Below the pieces are notes generated by a model. The model saw nothing but the letters and a program-made list of their open reading frames with translations. It had not been told where the DNA came from and searched no databases. Below, piece after piece: positions 6,796 through 15,248 of a DNA stretch of 41,194 nucleotides; within the stretch, counting starts at the first letter, position 1, and every line of letters starts with the position of its first letter. The DNA is from a virus (Duplodnaviria > Caudoviricetes): positions 1-41,194 of IMG/VR virus record IMGVR_UViG_3300036784_000035; one strand, 5' to 3'. Both the position numbers and the translations under genes were made by a program.

Positions 6796-9700
6796 GGCGG
6801 ATTGAGTGCGCTGGGGGGCCGCGTCGGATTGAGCGCGTTGAGTTGCGGCGGCGTCGAGAGCAGTCGCTGTTTCGCCACAGCCTCAGCCTGCGCCGCCCTC
6901 GTCATGCGACCTTGGCGCCTTACCTGTTGCACAAGCGGACGCGCGACCTGGTAGGCCCCCACCGCTCCCTCAGCCAGCGGCAGCCCGAGATGTGCCGCCA
7001 CTGCATGAGCGCCCACCATAGCGCCCGTGTGCAGAATGTTTCCCAGCGCCCCACCGCCTTTCTCCGCTGCCCGGCTCAATAGCTGCACTGTCGGCGATCC
7101 TGGCACCGCCGCCTGATCGTGCAGCAGCTTGCGCGCAGCCAACTCGTTGCGGGTGTTAATGACGTTCTGGATCTGATCATCAGTCAACGACTGCGCTAGG
7201 TTGAACTTGGTATCGCCCAGGCCCTTGTGGATGTCCTCCAGCATCTGATTGACCCTGGGCAACTGAAGCATCCCATCACTGCCGGTGAGTTTCTTGCTGC
7301 CTCCCTGGTAGCGCTGTAGGAAGCGCTGCTGATTAATCGGCTGCGAGAAGTCGCTATAGGCTTGCCGGTATGCCCGAAACTTCGGCGCCCCCGATTGGAT
7401 GGTATTCCTCACCTGGTCTTGCAGGTCACGCAGCACGAACTGCGCCACCTGTGCATCGCTGCCTTCACGGTCGAGCGGCCGGGCCGCCTTGTTCAGCAAA
7501 TCGCTGATGTGCTGGTCAACCCCGTAGAGCTTGGATGGCATCGTTTCCAGATTGCCCTGGCTGTCATAGAGCTTCGCCTTCACGTTGTTGAGGGTGCGTT
7601 CTACCGCGTCGCGCTTGCCTTCCGCGCTGTCGAGCACGTTGTTGATCTTAGTCTCGATCGGCTGGGCATTGACCGGCCGCTCGCCATCGAAGGCACCGAA
7701 CTGATCGGGCGCCACATTCCGCCGATCTTTCCGCAACTGGTCGAGGGTAATCTCGTCGCCCGCATCGGCGCGAAGATTGTCCACCATCCCGCTGTTGCGC
7801 GCAGTATCGTGCGCATCGTATGCCGCTTTGTAAGCGGGGTCGGTGTTGTATGCATATTTATGGGTTAGTGAAGCGTCAGTATCGAAGTCGCGCTGTGCCA
7901 TGACGCGCGGCGGGATGTTGTCGACGTACGTGCTGTCATCCCGCAGGCTCGTGCCGGCCCGATCCTTGGCGCTCTCGTTGATCGCGACGCGAAGATTGCG
8001 GGCGCGCTCCACGTTGGTCTGTGCCGGAATGTCCCCTGGCGCTGTCGCCGCCGCACCGGCTGCCTGTGGCCGCGGGGCCTCGTCCGCCGACATCTCCGGC
8101 CCGGCTGCAGCTTCAGCAGCAGCGCTTGGTGCTGCGGCCGTCCGCGCCTGCCTCTGTGCCGCGTAGTAATTCTGCGCGAACTGATCGAAGTCGGCGCGCG
8201 TCGCGATGCTGCCGCTGTCCATTGCCTGCTTCGCAGCGACCAGCACAGGAGATGGCTTGCCGAATTCAGTCGTGTCACCTTTCTGAAGTTTGTCCCACCA
8301 CATCTGCCGCAGGTTGTCGCCGATGGCTTGGGCCGCACCGCCGAGATTCTGTAGCCCCGTCGTGCCGTCTTGCGACGGTGCGCCTCTGGCTTCTCTGGCC
8401 TGCCTGATCGTCTCGGCTGACGACCGCAACCGTGCCTCCAGATCAGCCTGCGCCGCGGCTTCCCGCGCTGCCTGATCGGGATTGAGCGCGCTCGCGGCGG
8501 GGCTTGGTGTGGGTCGATCGGCAGCCGCCGCCGCGTCAGAACGCTTGATGGCGCCCGTGAGGTCTTCGACCGTGATTGGCTGCGCCAGCTTCGTGCGGGC
8601 GGCCTGTGCTGTCGGCGGGTCCAGCGGATGGAACTCGCCGCCCCCGGTGGGGAACGCCTCGGGCAGCGCGGCGACGTCGCGACCCAACTGCGGGTTGATC
8701 TGACCGACCGCCGAGCTGACCGCCTCCTGTCCGCCACGGAAGATCGCACCGCCTAGTTGAGCAAGCGGGTTGACGATGTAGCGCCCAAGCGGGACGCCAC
8801 CCGGCGCCCACTCGTCGACGCCTGGTATGCGCGAACCTTCAAAGCCTTCGCGCGCCGCATCGAGGATGTTCGTGCTGCCGGGCGTCGGCCGCGGCATGAT
8901 CGGCAGAATCTTCTCGGGATCGAATTGTGCCGCCTGCTCCTTCGTCGGCATGGCCTGCGGCGGCACGTAGTTTCCATCCGGCCCGAAATAGCCCTGCGTC
9001 GGATCGGGGGGCGGCGCTGCCGCTGCCGTAGCTGGCGGTACCACGCTCTTTGGTGCCGGCGGCAGCATGGACAACGGGCTGTCAGATTGCGGCCCCGCCG
9101 CTGCCGGCGCGCTGCCTTGCGGCGATGCCGAAGTCACGGCAGGAGCGGGCGGAAGCAGCTTCAGGGGATCGTCGTCTGCCGTGGGCTTTGCGGACGCTGT
9201 GGGCATCGGTGGGGCCGTTGCTGCTGGAGGAGCGGAAGATGCGGCGGGCGACACCACGGACCCCCGGAGCGTCTTGTAGCCGGCGCCCGTGGGGTGGACG
9301 CCATCAGGCCCCATCTGATCGGTAGGGAGTGGCTGGAACCTAATGCCGTACTTCCCGGCCAGCGCTTGCAGCGCGTCGTTGGTGCCTGGGTTCTTGGTCT
9401 CGATCCCCGGCCCGACACCGAGCAACGTCACATTGCCGGCGCCGCCTTGCTTCAGGTTTTGCAACTGGCCTTCGACGTTGGTCATGTCGCCGGGAGCATT
9501 GGACGCGCCGGAGGACAACACCACGTCGCGGCCCTGATAGGCGTTGTTGCGCACACCAGCGCCGATTACCGAGCGAATCGCCCCCGGATTGGCCCCGACC
9601 ACGCCGGAACCGCCAAGCCCACCAGGGGACGCGAGGCTGTCGCCAATGATAAGCGGCGGCTGCGATGGAGGCTGTGCTGGAGGCGAGGGCGAAGCATCGG

Positions 9701-10100
9701 TCGCCGTGCCGGTGTCCGCCTTGGCGAAACGCTGGTAATTCGCCGTCACGCCAGGGACGTAGTTCTGGCTTTCCCGTCCATAGGAACCACGCCAGCCAGG
9801 GCCGCCGTGATAGTAGAGCAGCGCCTTTTCCGGCGAACCCTCGGCGTCCAGCGCCGTATTCAGATACTTCGCAGCGCCATAGATCGATTGCACCGGGTCA
9901 TTTAGATCGGTCATCCCGAGCGTCTGGCCAGTGCCCGGCATAATCTGCATCAGGCCGCGCGCGCCCGCTGGACTAACCGCACGCGGATTACCGCCGCTCT
10001 CCTGTGCTGCGACCGCCTTTAGCAGCGTCGGGTCAACGTTCCACTCGGTCCCGGCAGCCTGAAAGATCGGATCATACTGCGAGAGGTCGGCGTCAGCCAC
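6792..10100 (-). CDS. Large DNA-ejection protein (P22 gp16 position) with N-terminal lytic transglycosylase and SGNH hydrolase domains
   Basis: AVAAQESGG.P.AVSPAGARGLMQIMP (SLT); GDS/G/N/DGVH (SGNH); likely GTG start at 10100 overlapping the upstream stop. Confidence 0.85.
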   Translation of the reverse strand: MADADLSQYDPIFQAAGTEWNVDPTLLKAVAAQESGGNPRAVSPAGARGLMQIMPGTGQTLGMTDLNDPVQSIYGAAKYLNTALDAEGSPEKALLYYHGGPGWRGSYGRESQNYVPGVTANYQRFAKADTGTATDASPSPPAQPPSQPPLIIGDSLASPGGLGGSGVVGANPGAIRSVIGAGVRNNAYQGRDVVLSSGASNAPGDMTNVEGQLQNLKQGGAGNVTLLGVGPGIETKNPGTNDALQALAGKYGIRFQPLPTDQMGPDGVHPTGAGYKTLRGSVVSPAASSAPPAATAPPMPTASAKPTADDDPLKLLPPAPAVTSASPQGSAPAAAGPQSDSPLSMLPPAPKSVVPPATAAAAPPPDPTQGYFGPDGNYVPPQAMPTKEQAAQFDPEKILPIMPRPTPGSTNILDAAREGFEGSRIPGVDEWAPGGVPLGRYIVNPLAQLGGAIFRGGQEAVSSAVGQINPQLGRDVAALPEAFPTGGGEFHPLDPPTAQAARTKLAQPITVEDLTGAIKRSDAAAAADRPTPSPAASALNPDQAAREAAAQADLEARLRSSAETIRQAREARGAPSQDGTTGLQNLGGAAQAIGDNLRQMWWDKLQKGDTTEFGKPSPVLVAAKQAMDSGSIATRADFDQFAQNYYAAQRQARTAAAPSAAAEAAAGPEMSADEAPRPQAAGAAATAPGDIPAQTNVERARNLRVAINESAKDRAGTSLRDDSTYVDNIPPRVMAQRDFDTDASLTHKYAYNTDPAYKAAYDAHDTARNSGMVDNLRADAGDEITLDQLRKDRRNVAPDQFGAFDGERPVNAQPIETKINNVLDSAEGKRDAVERTLNNVKAKLYDSQGNLETMPSKLYGVDQHISDLLNKAARPLDREGSDAQVAQFVLRDLQDQVRNTIQSGAPKFRAYRQAYSDFSQPINQQRFLQRYQGGSKKLTGSDGMLQLPRVNQMLEDIHKGLGDTKFNLAQSLTDDQIQNVINTRNELAARKLLHDQAAVPGSPTVQLLSRAAEKGGGALGNILHTGAMVGAHAVAAHLGLPLAEGAVGAYQVARPLVQQVRRQGRMTRAAQAEAVAKQRLLSTPPQLNALNPTRPPSALNPP

Positions 10101-11820
10101 CGAAGACCTGCTTGATTGCGCTGCCGACTTGCTTCTTTGCCTCGCTGTCGAGTGAGTTCCAGTAAGAAGTTCGCTGTTCATCCGTCATGCGAGCGAGTTG
10201 GAAGGCCCGAGGATCAAGCCCGGCGATACTGGTCTGGAAACCCTGGTAGTCGGACTTCGACGGCCAGGCACGGGCCGCAGCGGCACGAGCCCGCAGGTAA
10301 TCCGCGTTGCCCTGCAGCGAGCGGATGATGAAGTCGGCACCTTCCGGCGACAGGCTGGAATGCGGGTTCGCGGCTTGGTTGACACCCATCCGATAGTCGC
10401 TGTTCGCGCCCTGCGTCTGCGCCAGCTGTGCGGCTACCTTGTCGAAGCTTTCCTGTGCAGCTACCTCGTCCGGCTTGATGCCAAAGCGGGCCGCTAGTTG
10501 TGGCGCCCAGGACACCGCTGCGCGTTTCCAGTCCAATGTCTTGCCGGCGCCGCTGCCGCTCTGGAACCGGCCCAGGTCGGATAGCATGGTGCCGAGTTGG
10601 GACAGCTGCCCTTGCGCCGCAGTATCGCTGTCGCTCTCTGCCTGGAACCGCGGCCCGGCCTCTTTCATGGCCTCTGCTTCGCCGGGCGAGGCCGTTGCTC
10701 CTACTGGCCGTGCAGCGGTGGCCACCGGAGCGACAGCGGGCCTGGGTGGCGGCGTAGGAACCGGCGTAGTGGCAGCAGGGGGCGGCGCCTGGGCAGGAGC
10801 GGGCGACGCAAACGCCCCACCACCGAAAGGACTGGCCGGCGTGACTGCGGGAGGAAGCGTTGTAATGGCGGGAGGCGTAGTGGTCGCTGGCGGCGTAGTT
10901 GTCGGCGGTGTCGTGACGACAGGCGGTGGCTTGTTCGGATTTTGTAGCGCTGGCGGTAGCCGCCCGCTGCCAAGCGGCCCCCCCTGCGCCGGCTGCCCGG
11001 AGGGGGTGAGTTTGGCTGGATCGACGCCGTGCGCGGTCAGATATTCCTGCCGCGTCATCGGTATAGTTCCGCCATAATTCGGATTAGTCTGGCCGTTCGG
11101 CAGCGTCTTGTTGAGGTCGGGAACCTGCACCGTCTCGTTCAGCCACTCTGGCGTCGGCCCCACCGGCACGGCTGTCCCTGACGTAGTGATGCCGCCGCCC
11201 TTCCTCGCCGGCAACTGGGTGCCACCGACGATTCCGGTGCCCTGATTGATGTTAACACGATCGCCGGACTGACTGCTGATCTGTGCGCCTGCATCGAGCG
11301 CGCGCTGCTGATGCTGGCTCGCCCATACCTTGATGCCGGCAGGATCTTGCGGAATGTTCTGCACCTCGCGCTGAAACTGCGCCGCCGTCATGCCGCCGCC
11401 CAGCAGCACCGAATGCATCGCGGTGATCGCGTCGGCCTGCGTCGGATTGTCCATATCCAGCAGCGCGCCCGCCGCGTGATTCACCAACCCGATCGTCTTG
11501 ACGTTCTGGTTCAGCTGGTCGGAACTGATGTTCTGCACATTCGCAAGGCCAGAGCCAGCCGCCAGCGCCGCTCCTGGCCCCGCTTGGTTCAGCAGCGCGC
11601 GATAGCGGTTAGCATCGAACTCGCCGGTATCCGGATTGATCGCGCCTTGGTACGCCTGCCCGGAGAGTTGGTTGGCCTGCTGCTGGCGGATCGCCCAGAT
11701 GTTGCCAGCCGCCTGAGCCGCCGCTCCGTAGTCCGCGACCGGATTGACTACGCTGGGATGCGCGAGCGCGTTCAGCACATTGCCGCGGCCCACCTCAGAC
11801 TGATATGCGCCTAACGACAT
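10093..11820 (-). CDS. DNA-ejection (internal virion) protein, gp20 position
   Basis: Q/A/G-rich helical protein with Pro/Thr linker; synteny. Confidence 0.7.
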   Translation of the reverse strand: MSLGAYQSEVGRGNVLNALAHPSVVNPVADYGAAAQAAGNIWAIRQQQANQLSGQAYQGAINPDTGEFDANRYRALLNQAGPGAALAAGSGLANVQNISSDQLNQNVKTIGLVNHAAGALLDMDNPTQADAITAMHSVLLGGGMTAAQFQREVQNIPQDPAGIKVWASQHQQRALDAGAQISSQSGDRVNINQGTGIVGGTQLPARKGGGITTSGTAVPVGPTPEWLNETVQVPDLNKTLPNGQTNPNYGGTIPMTRQEYLTAHGVDPAKLTPSGQPAQGGPLGSGRLPPALQNPNKPPPVVTTPPTTTPPATTTPPAITTLPPAVTPASPFGGGAFASPAPAQAPPPAATTPVPTPPPRPAVAPVATAARPVGATASPGEAEAMKEAGPRFQAESDSDTAAQGQLSQLGTMLSDLGRFQSGSGAGKTLDWKRAAVSWAPQLAARFGIKPDEVAAQESFDKVAAQLAQTQGANSDYRMGVNQAANPHSSLSPEGADFIIRSLQGNADYLRARAAAARAWPSKSDYQGFQTSIAGLDPRAFQLARMTDEQRTSYWNSLDSEAKKQVGSAIKQVFGG

Positions 11821-11838
11821 GGTGCACGTGCTCCAAGG

Positions 11839-12771
11839 TTATTGGTTCGGCCCGTAAGTCCCAGGGGGCAGTTGTGAGAATGCGCCTTGCTGATAGGCGG
11901 CATTGTTGAAGCCACCCATCTGCGAGCCTCCAAACGTGTTCTGGTTCCCCAGCAGCCCCTGCAGCGCGTTGTAGGACAGATAGCTGTTGACGCCCGACGT
12001 GGCCGCGTTGCCTACGCCCGCGGTGCCCGCCGCCTGCGCCTGCCCCGCCTGCGTCAGATAGTTTCCCGCCTGCCCGGCGCCCGTCGCGAGGCTGGTGCCG
12101 ATCTGCCCGCTGGCCGCGCTCCCGGCCTGTCCGGCCCCCGCAGAGGCGTTCTCGCCCAGGTTCGCGATATTGGCGAACTGGCTGTACTGCTGCTGCTGCG
12201 CCTGCTGCGCGGTGCTGGCCAGATTGATCTGTCCCGCGCTCTGGTTCATCACGTCCTGCCACGCGGTCTGCGCATTGTTGAACTGGTTCTGATAATTGCT
12301 ATCCGCGAGGCCCGTGGCGAAAGTCGCCGCGCCTTTGAGTGACGCTCCCGATACCCCGAGTCCGCGCGCTGCTGCAGCCACCTGTGTCGCTTTCAGTCCC
12401 TGCGCCAGCTGGAACTGATAGCCGGGCGTATTCTGGAGATCGGCCTCGGTCATCACCGAGGGCGGCGTCATGCCGGCCGCCTGCTGCTGGTAGGCACCCG
12501 CCTGGGCGAGATATGGGCTGGCAGCTGATGGCGCGGCTGCGATGTTCTGCAGCGGGTTGAGTGCATTCCACCCGGCTTGTATGTCCGGTCCGAGCCGCCC
12601 GACCGTCTGGTTGTAGATCTGCTGCTCGTTGGCAATGCCGGCATACGTCGCCTGCAGCGACTGCCCCGCCGCGCTCTTGGCGGCCGACGACGACTTGCCG
12701 GAGCCGAGCAGGCTGGAGCCGGCGCCGAGCGCGGCGCTTCCGGCAATCGCGCCCCCGATGAGTGCAGGCAT
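11839..12771 (-). CDS. DNA-ejection/pilot protein, gp7 position
   Basis: N-terminal GGAIAGSAALGAG glycine zipper; PGYQFQL.QG...AAARG..SGA motif. Confidence 0.8.
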   Translation of the reverse strand: MPALIGGAIAGSAALGAGSSLLGSGKSSSAAKSAAGQSLQATYAGIANEQQIYNQTVGRLGPDIQAGWNALNPLQNIAAAPSAASPYLAQAGAYQQQAAGMTPPSVMTEADLQNTPGYQFQLAQGLKATQVAAAARGLGVSGASLKGAATFATGLADSNYQNQFNNAQTAWQDVMNQSAGQINLASTAQQAQQQQYSQFANIANLGENASAGAGQAGSAASGQIGTSLATGAGQAGNYLTQAGQAQAAGTAGVGNAATSGVNSYLSYNALQGLLGNQNTFGGSQMGGFNNAAYQQGAFSQLPPGTYGPNQ

Positions 12772-12773
12772 GT

Positions 12774-13811
12774 CTACAACTCCAAAACGAAGCGTTGTCC
12801 GGTCTCACGGGCGCCGAGCCGGCGATACAGCGAGCCCACCCGCGACCCGTCGAGGTTCAGCATCATCACCCGGTTGACCCCCTTGGTGCGCAGATCCTCG
12901 ATCGATGCGTGCTGCAGCTTGCGGCCAAGCCCAGGCCACGACGGATCAGCGAAGAACCACGCCTGCTCGGCCTCGATCTGCCCGGCCGCGTGGAACGCCT
13001 CGCCGAGCGCGGACACGAGGTAGCCGAACATCCGGCCGTTGCTGCGCGCGGTCATGATGTGCAGGCCGCCGCCGTCCTCCAGCCGCCGCAACAGCGGCAT
13101 GTTCATCAGCTGCGGCCAGACTTCCGGCGCCTCGCCGAGCGCCACGCATTCATCGCCCGCCGGGCCGCCGAGGTCGGGCATCACCTGCGCCAGCGTCTCC
13201 TGCTGGAACGTGATGCCCTCGAGCACGATCGGCCGCCGAAACTGCCGCAGCATCTCGTGCCGCGCGATCAGGCGCAGCCTTTCCAGTTGCGGCGCATGGG
13301 CTAGATAGTAGTTCCGCGCCATCGTCAGACTGACCTGCATGTTGATCGGCGCCATCGCCTGCCACCAGCCGCTATCGTGCCGATACGGCAGGCAGTGCTC
13401 GAACAGCCGCGCGCACCCTTCCTCCGTCCCGAGTTCCGCGAACGTGGTGCACAGCACGCCCGGCCGACGATGCGCGAACTGCTGGAGTTTTGCGTCGATC
13501 GCCCCGAGGTGCTTCGCCATCGTCACCGGATCGAACTGCAACCCGCCGCGCCACAGCGACGCCATCACCTCATCGAGCGGCCGGCGGATGATCGCTGCCG
13601 TCACGCCCTCGGGAATTAGCCTCCAGAAGGGCGCTGCGGCGGTCTCCACCGTGCCGGTGAACGGCTGCGCCAGCCACGAGCGCACGTCGTCCAGCGACCG
13701 GCAGTGCCTCAGCTCATCGTGGCCGCACTGCCATCCGCCATATGCCAGGAAGCGCGCAAGCCACGCGGTGCGGCATCGCGGAAGGGCCAGGATGACGAAC
13801 GGCGGCGCCAC
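12774..13811 (-). CDS. Sulfotransferase-like N-domain fused to GNAT acetyltransferase-like C-domain
   Basis: FVILALPRCRTAWLARFL resembles the 5'-PSB loop; FFADPSWPGLGRKL...LYRRLG is GNAT-like. Confidence 0.65.
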   Translation of the reverse strand: MAPPFVILALPRCRTAWLARFLAYGGWQCGHDELRHCRSLDDVRSWLAQPFTGTVETAAAPFWRLIPEGVTAAIIRRPLDEVMASLWRGGLQFDPVTMAKHLGAIDAKLQQFAHRRPGVLCTTFAELGTEEGCARLFEHCLPYRHDSGWWQAMAPINMQVSLTMARNYYLAHAPQLERLRLIARHEMLRQFRRPIVLEGITFQQETLAQVMPDLGGPAGDECVALGEAPEVWPQLMNMPLLRRLEDGGGLHIMTARSNGRMFGYLVSALGEAFHAAGQIEAEQAWFFADPSWPGLGRKLQHASIEDLRTKGVNRVMMLNLDGSRVGSLYRRLGARETGQRFVLEL

Positions 13812-13814
13812 ACG

Positions 13815-14909
13815 CTACAGGTCCGCATCGAGGGTTATGGCGGCGGTCGCGTAGGCGCCACCGGCTGCCGACACGACCATTTGCAGCTGTACATTGAACT
13901 GGCTGACGGCAAACGCCGTAAGGCTTGTAGCATTGCTACCCGTCACGCTGGATAGCGTCGGGACGGGCTGCCCACGCATCTGCACAGGATAAGAATACAT
14001 CGCGAAGACCGATCCGGCTGCCAGACCGTAACCGCCAACGAGTATGTTCGGGTTGGTAATCGCCAGATAGAACCGCTGGCAATTGGCGATGTCTATCCAT
14101 GGGTCCGGCTTCTCCAGCGGCGTTGCCACGCTGCCGACCTCCAGCTGAACGCCCCAGATTTGGATCGTGCCGGACTGCACCCCGATATTACCCGCCGTTG
14201 CGTTGTTGGTCGCACCGGAGGAATAGAAAAACGCGAGGCCGGTATAATCATCATCGTTGTTGCCGAGGGTTTTGCCGCTGGCGCTGGGAAGCGTGAGCGT
14301 GACACTGTAGCGTGTCCAGGTTGTGCCCAGCGTCACCGCCTGACCGACAGCCGCCGCCCATACACCGGCAGATGGCGATCCCCCCGTTCCAAAGAACTGC
14401 GAAAGGTTAATGCCGAGCTTCAGGCTGCTGCTACTGGCAAACGCCCAGAAGCTGATCGTGACCGTCTTGTTGGATAACCGCCTGACCGCCTCGATCTTCT
14501 GCATGATATAACTTTGGGCGGTCGCGCCTGCGTTCCCGGTGAAGGCATTACTCAGGAAAAGCAACGCAGCCTCATCGCCGATCTGCGCACGCTGGGCATC
14601 ACTGGAGGCGACGACGGTGAAACTTGTCGTGTCGAGAACTGCCTCGATCTGCCAGCGATCAGCCGTATATGCGCCGCTCGCTGTCCAGGGACCGTTCCCC
14701 CGCTGCGCCACATTGAACAGCCCATTATGCAGCAGGTTGCGGCCGACGTTGCCGTATGCTCCTGACGCGAGCGCGGTGTTGGCGAAGGCGGCGACCTCGC
14801 TCATCGTGGCGTGGTATGCATTCGTGTCGCCGGAGCGCGCCAGCGGGAGCATGTCCGACGACAGCAGCGTGCCGGCATCCGTCGCGGCGCTGATCTTCAC
14901 ATTCGGCAT
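13815..14909 (-). CDS. Tail fibre / carbohydrate-binding tail protein
   Basis: RNLLHNG.F.VAQRG, YTADRW, VTISFW, GVQLEVGSVATP.E, CQRFY motifs common in phage tail proteins. Confidence 0.8.
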   Translation of the reverse strand: MPNVKISAATDAGTLLSSDMLPLARSGDTNAYHATMSEVAAFANTALASGAYGNVGRNLLHNGLFNVAQRGNGPWTASGAYTADRWQIEAVLDTTSFTVVASSDAQRAQIGDEAALLFLSNAFTGNAGATAQSYIMQKIEAVRRLSNKTVTISFWAFASSSSLKLGINLSQFFGTGGSPSAGVWAAAVGQAVTLGTTWTRYSVTLTLPSASGKTLGNNDDDYTGLAFFYSSGATNNATAGNIGVQSGTIQIWGVQLEVGSVATPLEKPDPWIDIANCQRFYLAITNPNILVGGYGLAAGSVFAMYSYPVQMRGQPVPTLSSVTGSNATSLTAFAVSQFNVQLQMVVSAAGGAYATAAITLDADL

Positions 14910-14912
14910 CGG

Positions 14913-15248
14913 CTATCCCCAGACCAGGATGTTGTCCGCTGTGGTCGGTATCGCGCCCAGGTTGACCAGCGCCTGCGCGGCCGTGGTGGCACCCGTGCCG
15001 CCGTGCGGGATCGTCACGGGGATGGTGAGCGTGATGGTCACCGTGCCGCTCACGCCGCCCCCAGCGAGGCCCGCTCCGGCCGTCACGCCGGTGATGGTGC
15101 CGGTGCCGACAGCGCCGCCAACCGGGCCTCCTGTGCGCTCCCAGATACGCCTGAAGAAAGCGAGCCACTCCAGCCGCAGCTCTCCGGTATCGGTCCATAC
15201 GACCGGGGACGAAGGCAGAAACGCATTGAGGTTAGGACTGCCGCTCAT
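14913..15248 (-). CDS. Small tail-associated protein
   Basis: EWL.FF segment and HGGTGATTA..A..NLG motif; synteny after gp10-like gene. Confidence 0.7.
   Translation of the reverse strand: MSGSPNLNAFLPSSPVVWTDTGELRLEWLAFFRRIWERTGGPVGGAVGTGTITGVTAGAGLAGGGVSGTVTITLTIPVTIPHGGTGATTAAQALVNLGAIPTTADNILVWG

Noticed and set aside
8757-9905. Long antisense or alternative-frame ORFs (e.g. 8757..9905, 19397..20497, 27203..28261, 34948..35931)
   Set aside because: Arg/Gly-rich shadows of real genes, as expected in high-GC DNA
10700-10930. TTPP and Pro/Ala repeats in ejection proteins
   Set aside because: Ordinary low-complexity linkers with no DNA-level array structure
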